Source: a virus (taxonomy: Duplodnaviria; Caudoviricetes). From it: a stretch of DNA of 57,072 nucleotides. Every line of letters begins with the position of its first letter. The stretch's first letter is position 1. The stretch is taken from the IMG/VR virus record IMGVR_UViG_3300049485_000050, positions 1 to 57,072 of that record. The stretch is one strand, 5' to 3'. Below, piece after piece: positions 1 through 8,828 of the stretch. A program made the translations under genes and the position numbers. A model generated the notes under the pieces. The model saw nothing but the letters and a program-made list of their open reading frames with translations. It was not told the origin of the DNA and ran no database searches.

Positions 1-589
1 TGTCGGTGACATGCCGATAGTTCCGCGAAATAATCTCAACTAAATCATTGAGTAGATGCGTGCGTATCTGCGCGAAAGCACCGGAACGCACAACGTTCAT
101 GCCACCGGCAAGTACACCGATCATGTTTCCATCGGCGCAGGTTTGTACCCAATCACCAGGCATACAGCTCGTAGGCTCTGCCGGCAGACGATAATTTCCG
201 CCTGTACCTAGCAGATCTTTGTTTTGCCCTTCGCCACCAAAACCACTTACGTCCGCTACGGAAAAAGGTGTAGTCGCAGCAGGTTGGTTATTCAGGCGTG
301 TAACTATGCCGAGAATAATAGGGTCGCCGAATTCATATGACACCAAGACTTCGGTACCGGGTTCTAGCGCAGATATTTGACCTGGCGTAGAACGTAAACG
401 AGGTACGCCCGTTATAGCGCCGCGGCGCGTGTGCACCGTTGACGTGTACGTGTCTGCGTTATACGAAATTATAGTCCCGTATTCACCAGAACGTGCATGT
501 CCGCCAACACCCCCGTGGCGTCCACCGTCTGTCGTGGCATTGGGGTCGCGTGAACTTCCGTTTATCTGTTGGGGCAGTAAAGCAGTCAT
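1..589 (-). CDS. Putative baseplate spike/hub protein with N-terminal OB-fold (3' end outside window)
   Basis: Not in the ORF track. Manual translation from ATG at 589: MTALLPQQ...GEYGTIISYNADTYTSTVHTRRG...LEPGTEVLVSYEFGDPIILGIV, resembling gpV/gp5 OB-fold N-termini. Lies downstream of sheath and tube. Confidence 0.55.
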   Translation of the reverse strand, partial: MTALLPQQINGSSRDPNATTDGGRHGGVGGHARSGEYGTIISYNADTYTSTVHTRRGAITGVPRLRSTPGQISALEPGTEVLVSYEFGDPIILGIVTRLNNQPAATTPFSVADVSGFGGEGQNKDLLGTGGNYRLPAEPTSCMPGDWVQTCADGNMIGVLAGGMNVVRSGAFAQIRTHLLNDLVEIISRNYRHVTD

Positions 590-602
590 GCCCCACTTTA
601 AC

Positions 603-968
603 CTACTGCGGAAAGTAGTGGTACGGGTCTTCCGACGTGTCAGGTACTTTTTTATTTAGGTACGCCTGAGACAATCCGAACCCCGATAACGCACCTAAAC
701 TGCTACCAATTACTGGTGCGTTTTTAGCAAGTGTACCGGGATTAGCACGGGCGGCGTCATCTAACAGGGCAGGGGACAGTTTATGTCCCAGAGCTCCACC
801 CGCACCGCCTGCCAGCGCGCCCATTAAAAAGCCCTGACCTTTGCGGTCTTCAGGTGCAAGTACCCGGCCCGCAACGCCGCCTAATACAGCACCTCCCAAT
901 AAACCGGGATATAGTCCGAGTTTTACCAGGAGTGTTTTACAGCCTTGGTTGTAGGCGTACGGGGGCAT
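603..968 (-). CDS. Small glycine-zipper protein, probable virion internal protein
   Basis: Start re-assigned to ATG 968 (MPPYAYNQGCKTLLVKLGL), which overlaps the upstream stop. Several GxxxG hydrophobic segments; carries the shared N-terminal YxxGxxx(A/L)LxKLG motif. Confidence 0.6.
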   Translation of the reverse strand: MPPYAYNQGCKTLLVKLGLYPGLLGGAVLGGVAGRVLAPEDRKGQGFLMGALAGGAGGALGHKLSPALLDDAARANPGTLAKNAPVIGSSLGALSGFGLSQAYLNKKVPDTSEDPYHYFPQ

Positions 969-1717
969 TAGACCGAGGCTACAGCGGACGACAAATCTTC
1001 GTTTACAGTATCGGGTATAGTGTTGTCTACGAAACCAACCACAGCGTCTAGGGTTGCTTTGGGTATATAGCTGGAGTCCCCGATTTCGTCTGCGAACCAA
1101 GGCATAAGTCGGTCGAACATGAAAGATACCTGTTCGGCGATCATGTTTGCGCCAGCTTGAATACTGATATTATAGGATTGGATCATCGTAAGCTCGGCAT
1201 AAAAACCGCCAGCGAACTGGTGAGATTTTGTGCGAAAGATAGAGCCTAGTCCGAATGGAATAAGATAAAGCTCGGAATCTAAATTGATATAGAACTTAGA
1301 GGTGAGCGCTGTTGCTGCCGGATCATCTAGGTCCTGTATAGGAAAATCTTGACTCTTGGCGTTATGGTAGAGAACCCTAAGTAGATTTCGTCCGTTTACA
1401 AACAGGCGTGCGATACTACCGTTGCCTTGCGCTTTGCCGCTGACGAAAAAAGATCGTCCAGAACCGATGGCCATGACGGGCGTTGTAGACTTTACCTGAC
1501 TGATATTCAGGTTCTGCATCATACCGATAGCTAGCAGGGAACCGAAGGCTTTACCGTCAGTTTTGTCGGATGACGCATCCGTAACGCGTGCTGGCCCCGC
1601 GAGCACCAAAGTATCGTCCGGGTGCGCCGACGTATACGCCGCATTGTCCATGACGCGCTCGACATATTGGTCTTGAAAGCGCCAACTAACTAAATTGCGT
1701 GTAATACCAAGGGGCAT
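968..1717 (-). CDS. Probable tail tube protein
   Basis: Start re-assigned to ATG 1717 (MPLGITRN) after GAGGAG. Beta-rich 249 aa, two genes downstream of the sheath; tube-like pattern IGMMQNLNISQ...GSIARLF...IQSYNISI...EQVSFMF. Confidence 0.6.
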   Translation of the reverse strand: MPLGITRNLVSWRFQDQYVERVMDNAAYTSAHPDDTLVLAGPARVTDASSDKTDGKAFGSLLAIGMMQNLNISQVKSTTPVMAIGSGRSFFVSGKAQGNGSIARLFVNGRNLLRVLYHNAKSQDFPIQDLDDPAATALTSKFYINLDSELYLIPFGLGSIFRTKSHQFAGGFYAELTMIQSYNISIQAGANMIAEQVSFMFDRLMPWFADEIGDSSYIPKATLDAVVGFVDNTIPDTVNEDLSSAVASV

Positions 1718-1730
1718 CGTGGACTCCTCG

Positions 1731-2540
1731 CTACGTATAGTAGCTTGGTAGATTCGTAAAATCGATAGGGCGCAGCTGTATTTTCGCTGAACTTGATTTG
1801 TAGTATTGCGGTTGAGAGTACACAGCCGGAGCATTGGGCTGGTATTGAGGCGTTTGGGGAGGGGGAGGCTGTGGCGAACCACTGGCTGCGCTCATTGCCG
1901 CATCGGGAGCAACCTGCGCGGCAGCAAAGCCTAAACCGCCGACTAGTTTAGCGCGGGCGATATTTTGATCGACTTTACCTAGCGGGTTCATAGGATCGGG
2001 TGCTTTAACGGCTTTAGTTAACGCATCACGCCAGCCCATACGGCTGGACCGTGTAGCCATCCGTCCCGGTGAAACGCCAGTTGTCTTTGCTAGATTTTTA
2101 AAGTGCATGCCTTTGGCGTTGCGAAGTAAACCTTCGCCAATACCGCTGGCCGCACCAAAACCCGCACCAGACAACGCACCAGAACCAAACCCGCTTGCAA
2201 AAGCACTGCCGCGTTCACCGGGCTCTGCCATCGCGGCGTTAATTCCGCCACTTAATACGCCACCCGCAAGCGCGCCCGTCGCGGTGTCCCGTATTGCTTT
2301 GTGTGCAACGCCCCGGACCAACCCCCGAGCTTTGGTTGGGTCGGCTCCTAGGTGCGTGGCCCCGCGTATCACTGCATTTTCGGCACCCTGTGCTAGGGGG
2401 TTGGTAAACTTCATAAGCCCTGTAGGCCCGTACTTACGTAAACCCGCGCCAAAAGCCTTAGCAGCCATACCCAGAAATGCCGTCTTTTCAGACGGCCTTC
2501 CAGGTACAGGCATCGCGCGAATGTCGATCTCTCGGAGCAC
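1731..2540 (-). CDS. Gly/Ala-rich glycine-zipper protein, probable virion internal/ejection protein
   Basis: GTG start overlaps the sheath stop; EKTAF near the N-terminus; long GxxxG repeats; Pro/Gln-rich tail. Confidence 0.55.
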   Translation of the reverse strand: MLREIDIRAMPVPGRPSEKTAFLGMAAKAFGAGLRKYGPTGLMKFTNPLAQGAENAVIRGATHLGADPTKARGLVRGVAHKAIRDTATGALAGGVLSGGINAAMAEPGERGSAFASGFGSGALSGAGFGAASGIGEGLLRNAKGMHFKNLAKTTGVSPGRMATRSSRMGWRDALTKAVKAPDPMNPLGKVDQNIARAKLVGGLGFAAAQVAPDAAMSAASGSPQPPPPQTPQYQPNAPAVYSQPQYYKSSSAKIQLRPIDFTNLPSYYT

Positions 2541-5278
2541 TACGCCACCAAGTGTAGACCAATTACGTTCAAGGGCTTGGGCAAATCCACCTCGACGTAG
2601 ATCTCAACGCGGTCGGCAGAGGCGGTAGATACTGCAAGAGATGTGATAGTCGCACCGTTGAGCGGCGCACCAATGCGTGGAACTCGGCGGAGCTTGAGAC
2701 TGTCCGTCGCGGTATTCACGGCCTGGCGGATGAATCCGAGTGTGTCGTTGTTGATGTTCCAGATTCCGAGGAACGGCTCAAGCACGCTGAGATAGTACAA
2801 CGATACGAAATCGAAGTTTTTGACAATAGAGTACTCGCCACTTTCAAGCGTCGAAGGATCGGTTGTCAGCTGGTGAATGCTGTACGGCAGTGAAGTCGGA
2901 GAGTTCTGCGAGAATACATACCAACCACCATCACTGAGATCAGTGAGTTGCGCTTCCGTGAAGTAGTCGCTTGAATGCGTAAGCCGACCGACTCCGGCAC
3001 CGCCGAGACGGCTGAAGCCCTGGTGACTAGGCAGTCCTGCGGTCATGCCGCCGACCATTGCACTCAGGTACCAGCCGGGCTGGGTATCCGCAGCTGCAGC
3101 TGAGCCGTCTGCATTAGCGGGCTTCGAACCATCAACGAGACCGTCGACAACAACAACGTCAGGCCAAGTCAGGATTGCGCGGCGAGAATTCAGAGACTGC
3201 GCATTCGTCACAAGCTGCGCAATTTGCTGATCCTTGCTGAGCTCGCGAATGACGCGATAACGGATCGTCCCTTGGCTGACAGCAGTGCCGGTTCCAAGAC
3301 GATTATCTGTATGCGGGAGTTCGCGCTCCAATACGCTCGTATTGTTCTGGTAAGCCCCAGACACAATGTTCGTGATCTGGAGACGTTGTTCGCTGATTAC
3401 ACTGTCGACGATGAATTGCTTGAACGTGCTTGTGAAAACACCATTCGGATTACTAGGAATCTCGATGGTATCGCCCGCAATTACACCCGCCGTGATGAAC
3501 GCAGCGTTAGCGTCATAAAGCCGCAAGAACGCAGCATCGAGGACAGCTGTAGTCACAACGTCGATACCATTTGTACCGGTAGACAGCGCAGCCGCTGCGA
3601 ATGCAACTTGAGCAGTTGCCCCCGAAGACGTGGATGCGACGAGGTTTACGGATCCTGTGAAGGTAGTTGTGACACCCGTGCCGGAATTGATGGCATCTAC
3701 AAGTTCCTGCGAACTGATGTTTGTCGAGGCAAAGTCACCATTCACAATGGTGGAAACTCCAGCAACTTCGACAATGCTAAAAATACCACTCGCGGTCGTG
3801 CCGTTTTGGACGAGGGCAATAGTACGCGCGCCTGGAGTGAGACCAGCTACGCGCGACTTAAACGTAGTTGCGGCAGCCGTCAAGAAGGCGCGGTTGTCGA
3901 CGAGTGCAATAAGGGTTGCACCCGTAGAAGGACGAGTTACCGTATAATTTACGCCGTCCGCAACTGCGATAGCTGGCGAAGGCAAGGTTTCATCGAGTTC
4001 AACCTGCGTTGCGCTATTGATATGCGCGATGGTGTATGTACCATCTACGGATGCAACAGTTTCACTTGCAGACAGCACGACCTTGTCACCCGGTCGCAAA
4101 TTGCTAGTCAACGCGTTGAACGGTGAAACTAGGTTTAGAGTCTTGATGCCGGCAGGAACGGCGCCCGTAAGGGCTTCCGTGTTAGCGTCGACATTCTCTC
4201 CTACGATCGTTGATTCCGTAGTAAGCGTGCCTGTACCAATTACTACGCGGAATTTCTGAGGTACCCCGGTGTCAAGTGCAATATTCGGATCTGCGAGAGA
4301 CTCGTTATCTGCTTTGAAGGACGCGGCGATAGTCAGACTCGTCGTAAGCAAAACAACGGCGTAAACGCTATCATCAGAAGAGATCGCATCTTTAGCTTTG
4401 TTGTATCCGGTTAGATCGTCCGAGACGACGCCGTAGAAATAAATGGGAGCAGTGCCGGCATTTTGTCGAGCTACTGACAAAGCACCTGCAAGCGGGTTGC
4501 GACTATCGATACGCCCAACCTTAGTTTCGATCTCAGTCGTAGTGTTTACGCTGTCGATAGCCTGTAGGTCCGTGCGGAACGCGCGATATTCGACGTACAC
4601 ACGAGCGTAGGCGACGACACGTGGCGTACTTCCCACGACCAATGTAACTCCGCCGAGAATTGTGATCTCGTTCGAGGCTTGGAACGTCGGAGTCACAACA
4701 AAGCTGCTGTCAATCAATTGATTGGTCAGGCGGCGCTCAACACGGTAATCGAGTGATCCTAGCGCGGCTGCGAAATTCGACGAGACGCGCAGAACTGTCT
4801 CGCTGTCCACGCTTAGAACAGTTAGCACCAAATTCGGCGTGCCGGGTGGTGCCAAACTGGGGTCTTGAACAATGAGCTTATCGCCCGCCTGTACACCTGC
4901 GGTCACAAACGTCGCGCCGGAAGATGTGAACGTATTTTCGTTTGGCGCGGTGACTACGGATACGCCGTTTGTACCCGAAGCAAGAATTACCTGAACGACA
5001 TCGAAATAGACCTTAACGGACGCGGGATCTACCCAAGCACCTGCAACGAGTCCCGGTGCGGCAGCCAAGGTAATCGCTGCTGTGAAAGCGACCGGCGGTG
5101 TGTATGTATTATCCGCGTACAGCGTGCCATACGACGATACCTCGATGGCTGTCTTGTCATCGGGGTAGTCTTGAATCTGGTACGCCGGGCCGATCACGAT
5201 ACAGTTAAGATCGGGCGTGGTAGGAGTCGCCGTTGTTGTCGCAAACTCCTGGAAAAGTAGAACAATCGGTCGTACCAT
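2540..5278 (-). CDS. Contractile tail sheath protein with inserted beta-rich domains
   Basis: 912 aa. C-terminus has a sheath-like pattern (YFTEAQLTDLSDGGWYVF...HQLTTD...EYSIVKNFDFVS...FLGIWNIN...VEIYVEVDLPKPLNVIGLHLV); N-terminal CIVIGP; repeated F.TAGV.AGD inserts. Confidence 0.85.
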   Translation of the reverse strand: MVRPIVLLFQEFATTTATPTTPDLNCIVIGPAYQIQDYPDDKTAIEVSSYGTLYADNTYTPPVAFTAAITLAAAPGLVAGAWVDPASVKVYFDVVQVILASGTNGVSVVTAPNENTFTSSGATFVTAGVQAGDKLIVQDPSLAPPGTPNLVLTVLSVDSETVLRVSSNFAAALGSLDYRVERRLTNQLIDSSFVVTPTFQASNEITILGGVTLVVGSTPRVVAYARVYVEYRAFRTDLQAIDSVNTTTEIETKVGRIDSRNPLAGALSVARQNAGTAPIYFYGVVSDDLTGYNKAKDAISSDDSVYAVVLLTTSLTIAASFKADNESLADPNIALDTGVPQKFRVVIGTGTLTTESTIVGENVDANTEALTGAVPAGIKTLNLVSPFNALTSNLRPGDKVVLSASETVASVDGTYTIAHINSATQVELDETLPSPAIAVADGVNYTVTRPSTGATLIALVDNRAFLTAAATTFKSRVAGLTPGARTIALVQNGTTASGIFSIVEVAGVSTIVNGDFASTNISSQELVDAINSGTGVTTTFTGSVNLVASTSSGATAQVAFAAAALSTGTNGIDVVTTAVLDAAFLRLYDANAAFITAGVIAGDTIEIPSNPNGVFTSTFKQFIVDSVISEQRLQITNIVSGAYQNNTSVLERELPHTDNRLGTGTAVSQGTIRYRVIRELSKDQQIAQLVTNAQSLNSRRAILTWPDVVVVDGLVDGSKPANADGSAAAADTQPGWYLSAMVGGMTAGLPSHQGFSRLGGAGVGRLTHSSDYFTEAQLTDLSDGGWYVFSQNSPTSLPYSIHQLTTDPSTLESGEYSIVKNFDFVSLYYLSVLEPFLGIWNINNDTLGFIRQAVNTATDSLKLRRVPRIGAPLNGATITSLAVSTASADRVEIYVEVDLPKPLNVIGLHLVA

Positions 5279-5321
5279 GTTTAGCTCCGGCTTGCTTAAT
5301 AAAGCAGCGTATTTGTAAGGG

Positions 5322-5350
5322 ATTATAGCGGCTAGGGTTTAGAGCAACAA
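5322..5350 (-). promoter_or_regulatory. sigma70-type promoter for the sheath operon
   Basis: Minus strand TTGTTG-17 nt-TATAAT in the intergenic gap upstream of the sheath gene. Confidence 0.6.
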
Positions 5351-5366
5351 GCAGTACGCGCTCTTA

Positions 5367-6248
5367 TTAACCAAGGACTAATTTTGCGTCCTCCCACCCC
5401 TGGTAGCGTAGCCGTTTCGCAATTGACGGGCTGAACTCTAAGGAGTTTACGTCCAAGTCAGTTAGCGGGTGGATGATATTTAATTTTATTTCACGTTTGC
5501 CGGATAGGCCTGCACGTACAAGCTCGTTTATTTCTTGCGTACGTTCCACGTCCAGCCACGTAAGCCGGTTTATCATCAAATCAATGTTGTATAGGAGATC
5601 CGTTATAACGGAGCTGGGCCGTTTTGGATACGTCAGTGATGTGGGGTAACCTATGACAACATCAATGGAAGTGGCTCCTGCATCAATTGCCGCTTTGATC
5701 GGGGTAACTGTCTGTACGCCCCCATCAACACCTAACCCGTCTATGAGCGCCACCGGTTCAAAAAAGGGAGCTAACGCAGAAGACGCTTTAATGACTGAAC
5801 GTAGATCAGGGTCACGCTCCGTGTAGACTTTGTAGTTGCTAAAGCTGCGAGTGCCAACGTGCACTGGATTATACAATGTGACGCCTATACGTAAGCGTTT
5901 TCCCGAATCTTGTATTTTAAACGGGTCAATATGCGTATCAACCAGTGAACGCAATGGTTTGCTATTATAGAGACTACGTTTATTTAATAATGCTTGAAAA
6001 ATACCCCATGGGCGCCATTTGACGTAAATATCGGACGTATCTAGTTCCGAAAATAATGCCCACAGGCGGCTGATAGCTGATTCCTCTTGCCCCTTCGGGT
6101 ATTGCGCTAAATAAGCGCCGAGCAACGCGCCTACGCTTGTACCGCAAATTATGTCATGCCGTACTTTTTTTTGATTGTACAAGTACTGTATTACACCGAG
6201 GTGATAATAACCACGGGAACCCCCGCTGCTTAATACAAGAGCGTGCAT
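5367..6248 (-). CDS. Patatin-like phospholipase
   Basis: Oxyanion loop LSSGGSRG, nucleophile elbow GTSVG, ASSA..P.F and catalytic DGG motifs. Confidence 0.9.
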   Translation of the reverse strand: MHALVLSSGGSRGYYHLGVIQYLYNQKKVRHDIICGTSVGALLGAYLAQYPKGQEESAISRLWALFSELDTSDIYVKWRPWGIFQALLNKRSLYNSKPLRSLVDTHIDPFKIQDSGKRLRIGVTLYNPVHVGTRSFSNYKVYTERDPDLRSVIKASSALAPFFEPVALIDGLGVDGGVQTVTPIKAAIDAGATSIDVVIGYPTSLTYPKRPSSVITDLLYNIDLMINRLTWLDVERTQEINELVRAGLSGKREIKLNIIHPLTDLDVNSLEFSPSIAKRLRYQGWEDAKLVLG

Positions 6249-6250
6249 TT

Positions 6251-7315
6251 TTAAATATCCGCGTAGTAGTCAATGGTCAATACATCGCCCGCTTTAGGCG
6301 CGTAATAACTCATAGTTAGGGTGTCGAATCCGCCGAGAGGTACTGACTCAGAAACTGTGTAGTCGTTACCCACGCCAACATTCTGACGGACACCGTTAAC
6401 GTAAAAGATTTCCTTTTTAGGTATGGTGTGAATAAAAGGACTACCCGTGGTATAGACGAGATTAATCCCGTTTATAGCGCCTGCCAGAGATTGTCCAGTG
6501 AGTAAATCGAGTGCAGGCCCAGGCGGCCCCGCGGGTCCAGGTGCTCCTGCGGGCCCTGCTGGTCCGGCAGGTCCAACAATACTTACGCGACTAGGAGGTA
6601 ACGGTGCACCGGGTGCTATGTCGCACGGATCGAAAACCTCACCGCGGCGAAGTGAGTTGACCGTGATATCTACGAAGTGCCCGTTAGCATCAACACCCTT
6701 GTTTGTGATGCGTTGTGCTATCTGCTGAAGCAGCGGTGCGATCGGCACCTGAGACCAACGTATCCAAAATTGGACATTGAATTCGACAGATGTGGCCCAT
6801 TTAGTCTGATCGCGCTCGTAAGGTTGTGTTGCACTTAGTGACGGGTGCGAAATATCGTAAAACCCGAAAGCGCGTTGAATTACGTCTTGGGACGCTAGAA
6901 TCATGTACTGAATAACGTCGCCAAGTACCGCGCTCTCACCCTCATCGTTGGATACGCATTCGATCGCTAGGACAGCAGTATTTAACGCACCGAAAGCTTC
7001 TTTATGGTCAGGTAACCGCACGCCTACGCGGTCACCTACCATTACTTTGCCGGGTACGGTTTGTAACCGGTTGACGTAAATCGCTGGAACTTGGTTACGC
7101 GATTCAAGTTCTTCGTTGTAACCCGTCTCGATAAGCAGATCGCTGGTGGTTAAGTCAGGACGCCAGATGAGACCCAAGCCTGCATCAATACTGAAGCGCT
7201 CGCGGATAATCTCTAGGAATATACCTTGTATAGCTAGCGGAGACCCTGCTGCTATTTTCAGCGGGTCTTGCACAAATTGTTTTGGCCGCACTAGACTGGT
7301 TTCATGGCCTGCCAT
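6251..7315 (-). CDS. Probable tail completion/neck protein paralog with collagen-like linker and C-terminal decoration domain
   Basis: N-terminal ~200 aa is paralogous to 7326..7994; (GPA)n/GAP/GPP collagen repeat; C-terminal GAINGINLVYT...FYVNGVRQ...NDYT domain typical of phage structural appendages. Confidence 0.55.
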   Translation of the reverse strand: MAGHETSLVRPKQFVQDPLKIAAGSPLAIQGIFLEIIRERFSIDAGLGLIWRPDLTTSDLLIETGYNEELESRNQVPAIYVNRLQTVPGKVMVGDRVGVRLPDHKEAFGALNTAVLAIECVSNDEGESAVLGDVIQYMILASQDVIQRAFGFYDISHPSLSATQPYERDQTKWATSVEFNVQFWIRWSQVPIAPLLQQIAQRITNKGVDANGHFVDITVNSLRRGEVFDPCDIAPGAPLPPSRVSIVGPAGPAGPAGAPGPAGPPGPALDLLTGQSLAGAINGINLVYTTGSPFIHTIPKKEIFYVNGVRQNVGVGNDYTVSESVPLGGFDTLTMSYYAPKAGDVLTIDYYADI

Positions 7316-7325
7316 ATCAACCTCT

Positions 7326-7994
7326 CTAAGTAGCTCGGCGCATAGAGTTTAGCACAGACTGCCTAAAGAGATCAGTTCCCTTAACCTGTAGACGCTGTCC
7401 AATTTGTTGTAGTAGCGGAGCTATGGGTACTTGGGACCAGTGTATCCAGAATTCGATAAAAAAACTTACAGGAGTCGACCACTTCGTTTGGTCTCTCTCG
7501 TAGGGCGTGGTTTGGCCGAGTACCGGATGACTAAAACTATACATCCCAAATTCGCGTTGAATAACATCTTGAGACGCAAGCAACGTAAATTGTACAATAT
7601 CGCCGATAATAGCGCTCTCACCCTCGTCATTGCTAACACACTCTATAGAGAAATCTACGCGCATCAACGCTTTGAATGCTTCGAGATGGTCCGGTAAATG
7701 TACACCAGCACGGTCACCTATACTCATCTGCGTGGGAGTCGTCTGTAGCCGTGAGACATAGACAGCAGGGACTTGATTACGCGTTTCAAGTTCTTCGTTG
7801 TACCCAGTTTCAATTAGGATGTTCGTGAGTGTTGGATCTTCGCCCCATTTCCAGTCCAATCCGGCGTCTGCATTGAAACGCTCACGAAGTATTTCCAGGA
7901 AAATACCCTGTACAGCGAGCGAAGACCCTGCTGCGACCTTTAAGGGGTCTTGTGCAGTTTTAGGTCTGACAGCACTTGTCTCATGTCCTGCCAT
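7326..7994 (-). CDS. Probable tail completion/terminator protein
   Basis: Lies between neck genes and sheath; high similarity to the adjacent gene (MAGHETS..., IETGYNEELE.RNQVPA.YV, IECVSNDEGESA, PYERDQTKW). Confidence 0.5.
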   Translation of the reverse strand: MAGHETSAVRPKTAQDPLKVAAGSSLAVQGIFLEILRERFNADAGLDWKWGEDPTLTNILIETGYNEELETRNQVPAVYVSRLQTTPTQMSIGDRAGVHLPDHLEAFKALMRVDFSIECVSNDEGESAIIGDIVQFTLLASQDVIQREFGMYSFSHPVLGQTTPYERDQTKWSTPVSFFIEFWIHWSQVPIAPLLQQIGQRLQVKGTDLFRQSVLNSMRRAT

Positions 7995-8828
7995 TTAGTA
8001 CATCACCGGTACAGTCTCTCTATTGACCGTAAGTCGGTGCTCGATAGAATCTTTACTGAGCTCACTAATAACGAGGGCTTGGTGTACTATCTCTCGACGT
8101 AATTCCGTCTGTGATTGCTGTTGTACCAAGTATCGCTGGTTAGCGTGCTTGGTGACGAGTAGGTCACCAGGGTCGATGTTTGGGTATGCAAGGCAAATGA
8201 CACGTACTTTTGTTGTGTCGGTCCAACCTTGTGGCGACATCTGCGTATCTGAGTTTGGTGCGAGGAAACGTACCTTCATTTGCACGGGTGCCGCGAAACC
8301 GCCATCGAAACCCACGCCGTAGCAGCTCTCGCATTTACTGGCTGTGACCTTTTTAGTTAACAAATCGAAGCATTTCTTACAACGAATGCCCCAGTGCAAG
8401 CGTTTAAGCAGGTACGTAGGTACTCCGTTGAATTTAAGTGAAACGCCGAGGTCGCGCTGCATTTTACGGTGTAGCCGCGCTAACCTGGGTGGTAGATCTG
8501 TCCCTACGTCTGATACGGCAGTAGCTGTTTCACCGGTACTGGCAGTGGCAGATACGCGGTAATAAATGGTACGAACCAACGATAGGAAATTAACGTTTTC
8601 GCGAGTATCTCCGGTGCTAGCGGCGGGAGTATCTCTATACTGGTCAAAAAAGTAATAAGACACTACATGGTCACGAACAAGCTCAAACGGTCCTTCGGGA
8701 CTTACAGAGCGTTCAATTTTAAATTCAATAGTTGCAGAGGGTGGGCTGCTGATATCCCATTGTACAAAGACGCCCGTATCTAGCGGTGAGCGATAAATCG
8801 GGGTCATATCCGTGATTTTGATTTGCAT
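7995..8828 (-). CDS. Probable neck/head-closure protein with Fn3-like N-terminus and CxxC...CxxC
   Basis: VQW...FKIERS...GPF...YYRVSAT Fn3-like pattern; RCKKC...KCESCYGVGFDGGF; YPNIDPGDLLV; synteny. Confidence 0.55.
   Translation of the reverse strand: MQIKITDMTPIYRSPLDTGVFVQWDISSPPSATIEFKIERSVSPEGPFELVRDHVVSYYFFDQYRDTPAASTGDTRENVNFLSLVRTIYYRVSATASTGETATAVSDVGTDLPPRLARLHRKMQRDLGVSLKFNGVPTYLLKRLHWGIRCKKCFDLLTKKVTASKCESCYGVGFDGGFAAPVQMKVRFLAPNSDTQMSPQGWTDTTKVRVICLAYPNIDPGDLLVTKHANQRYLVQQQSQTELRREIVHQALVISELSKDSIEHRLTVNRETVPVMY

Noticed and set aside
603-1882. ORF-track starts at 1100 and 1882
   Set aside because: They overlap upstream genes. Internal ATGs at 968 and 1717 have coupling or RBS support.
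3224-4126. 300-aa plus-strand ORF
   Set aside because: Antisense shadow of the sheath gene; no motifs or RBS.
1-8828. Tailocin or extracellular contractile injection system
   Set aside because: Capsid, protease, portal, terminase and replication genes in the same window indicate a complete phage.
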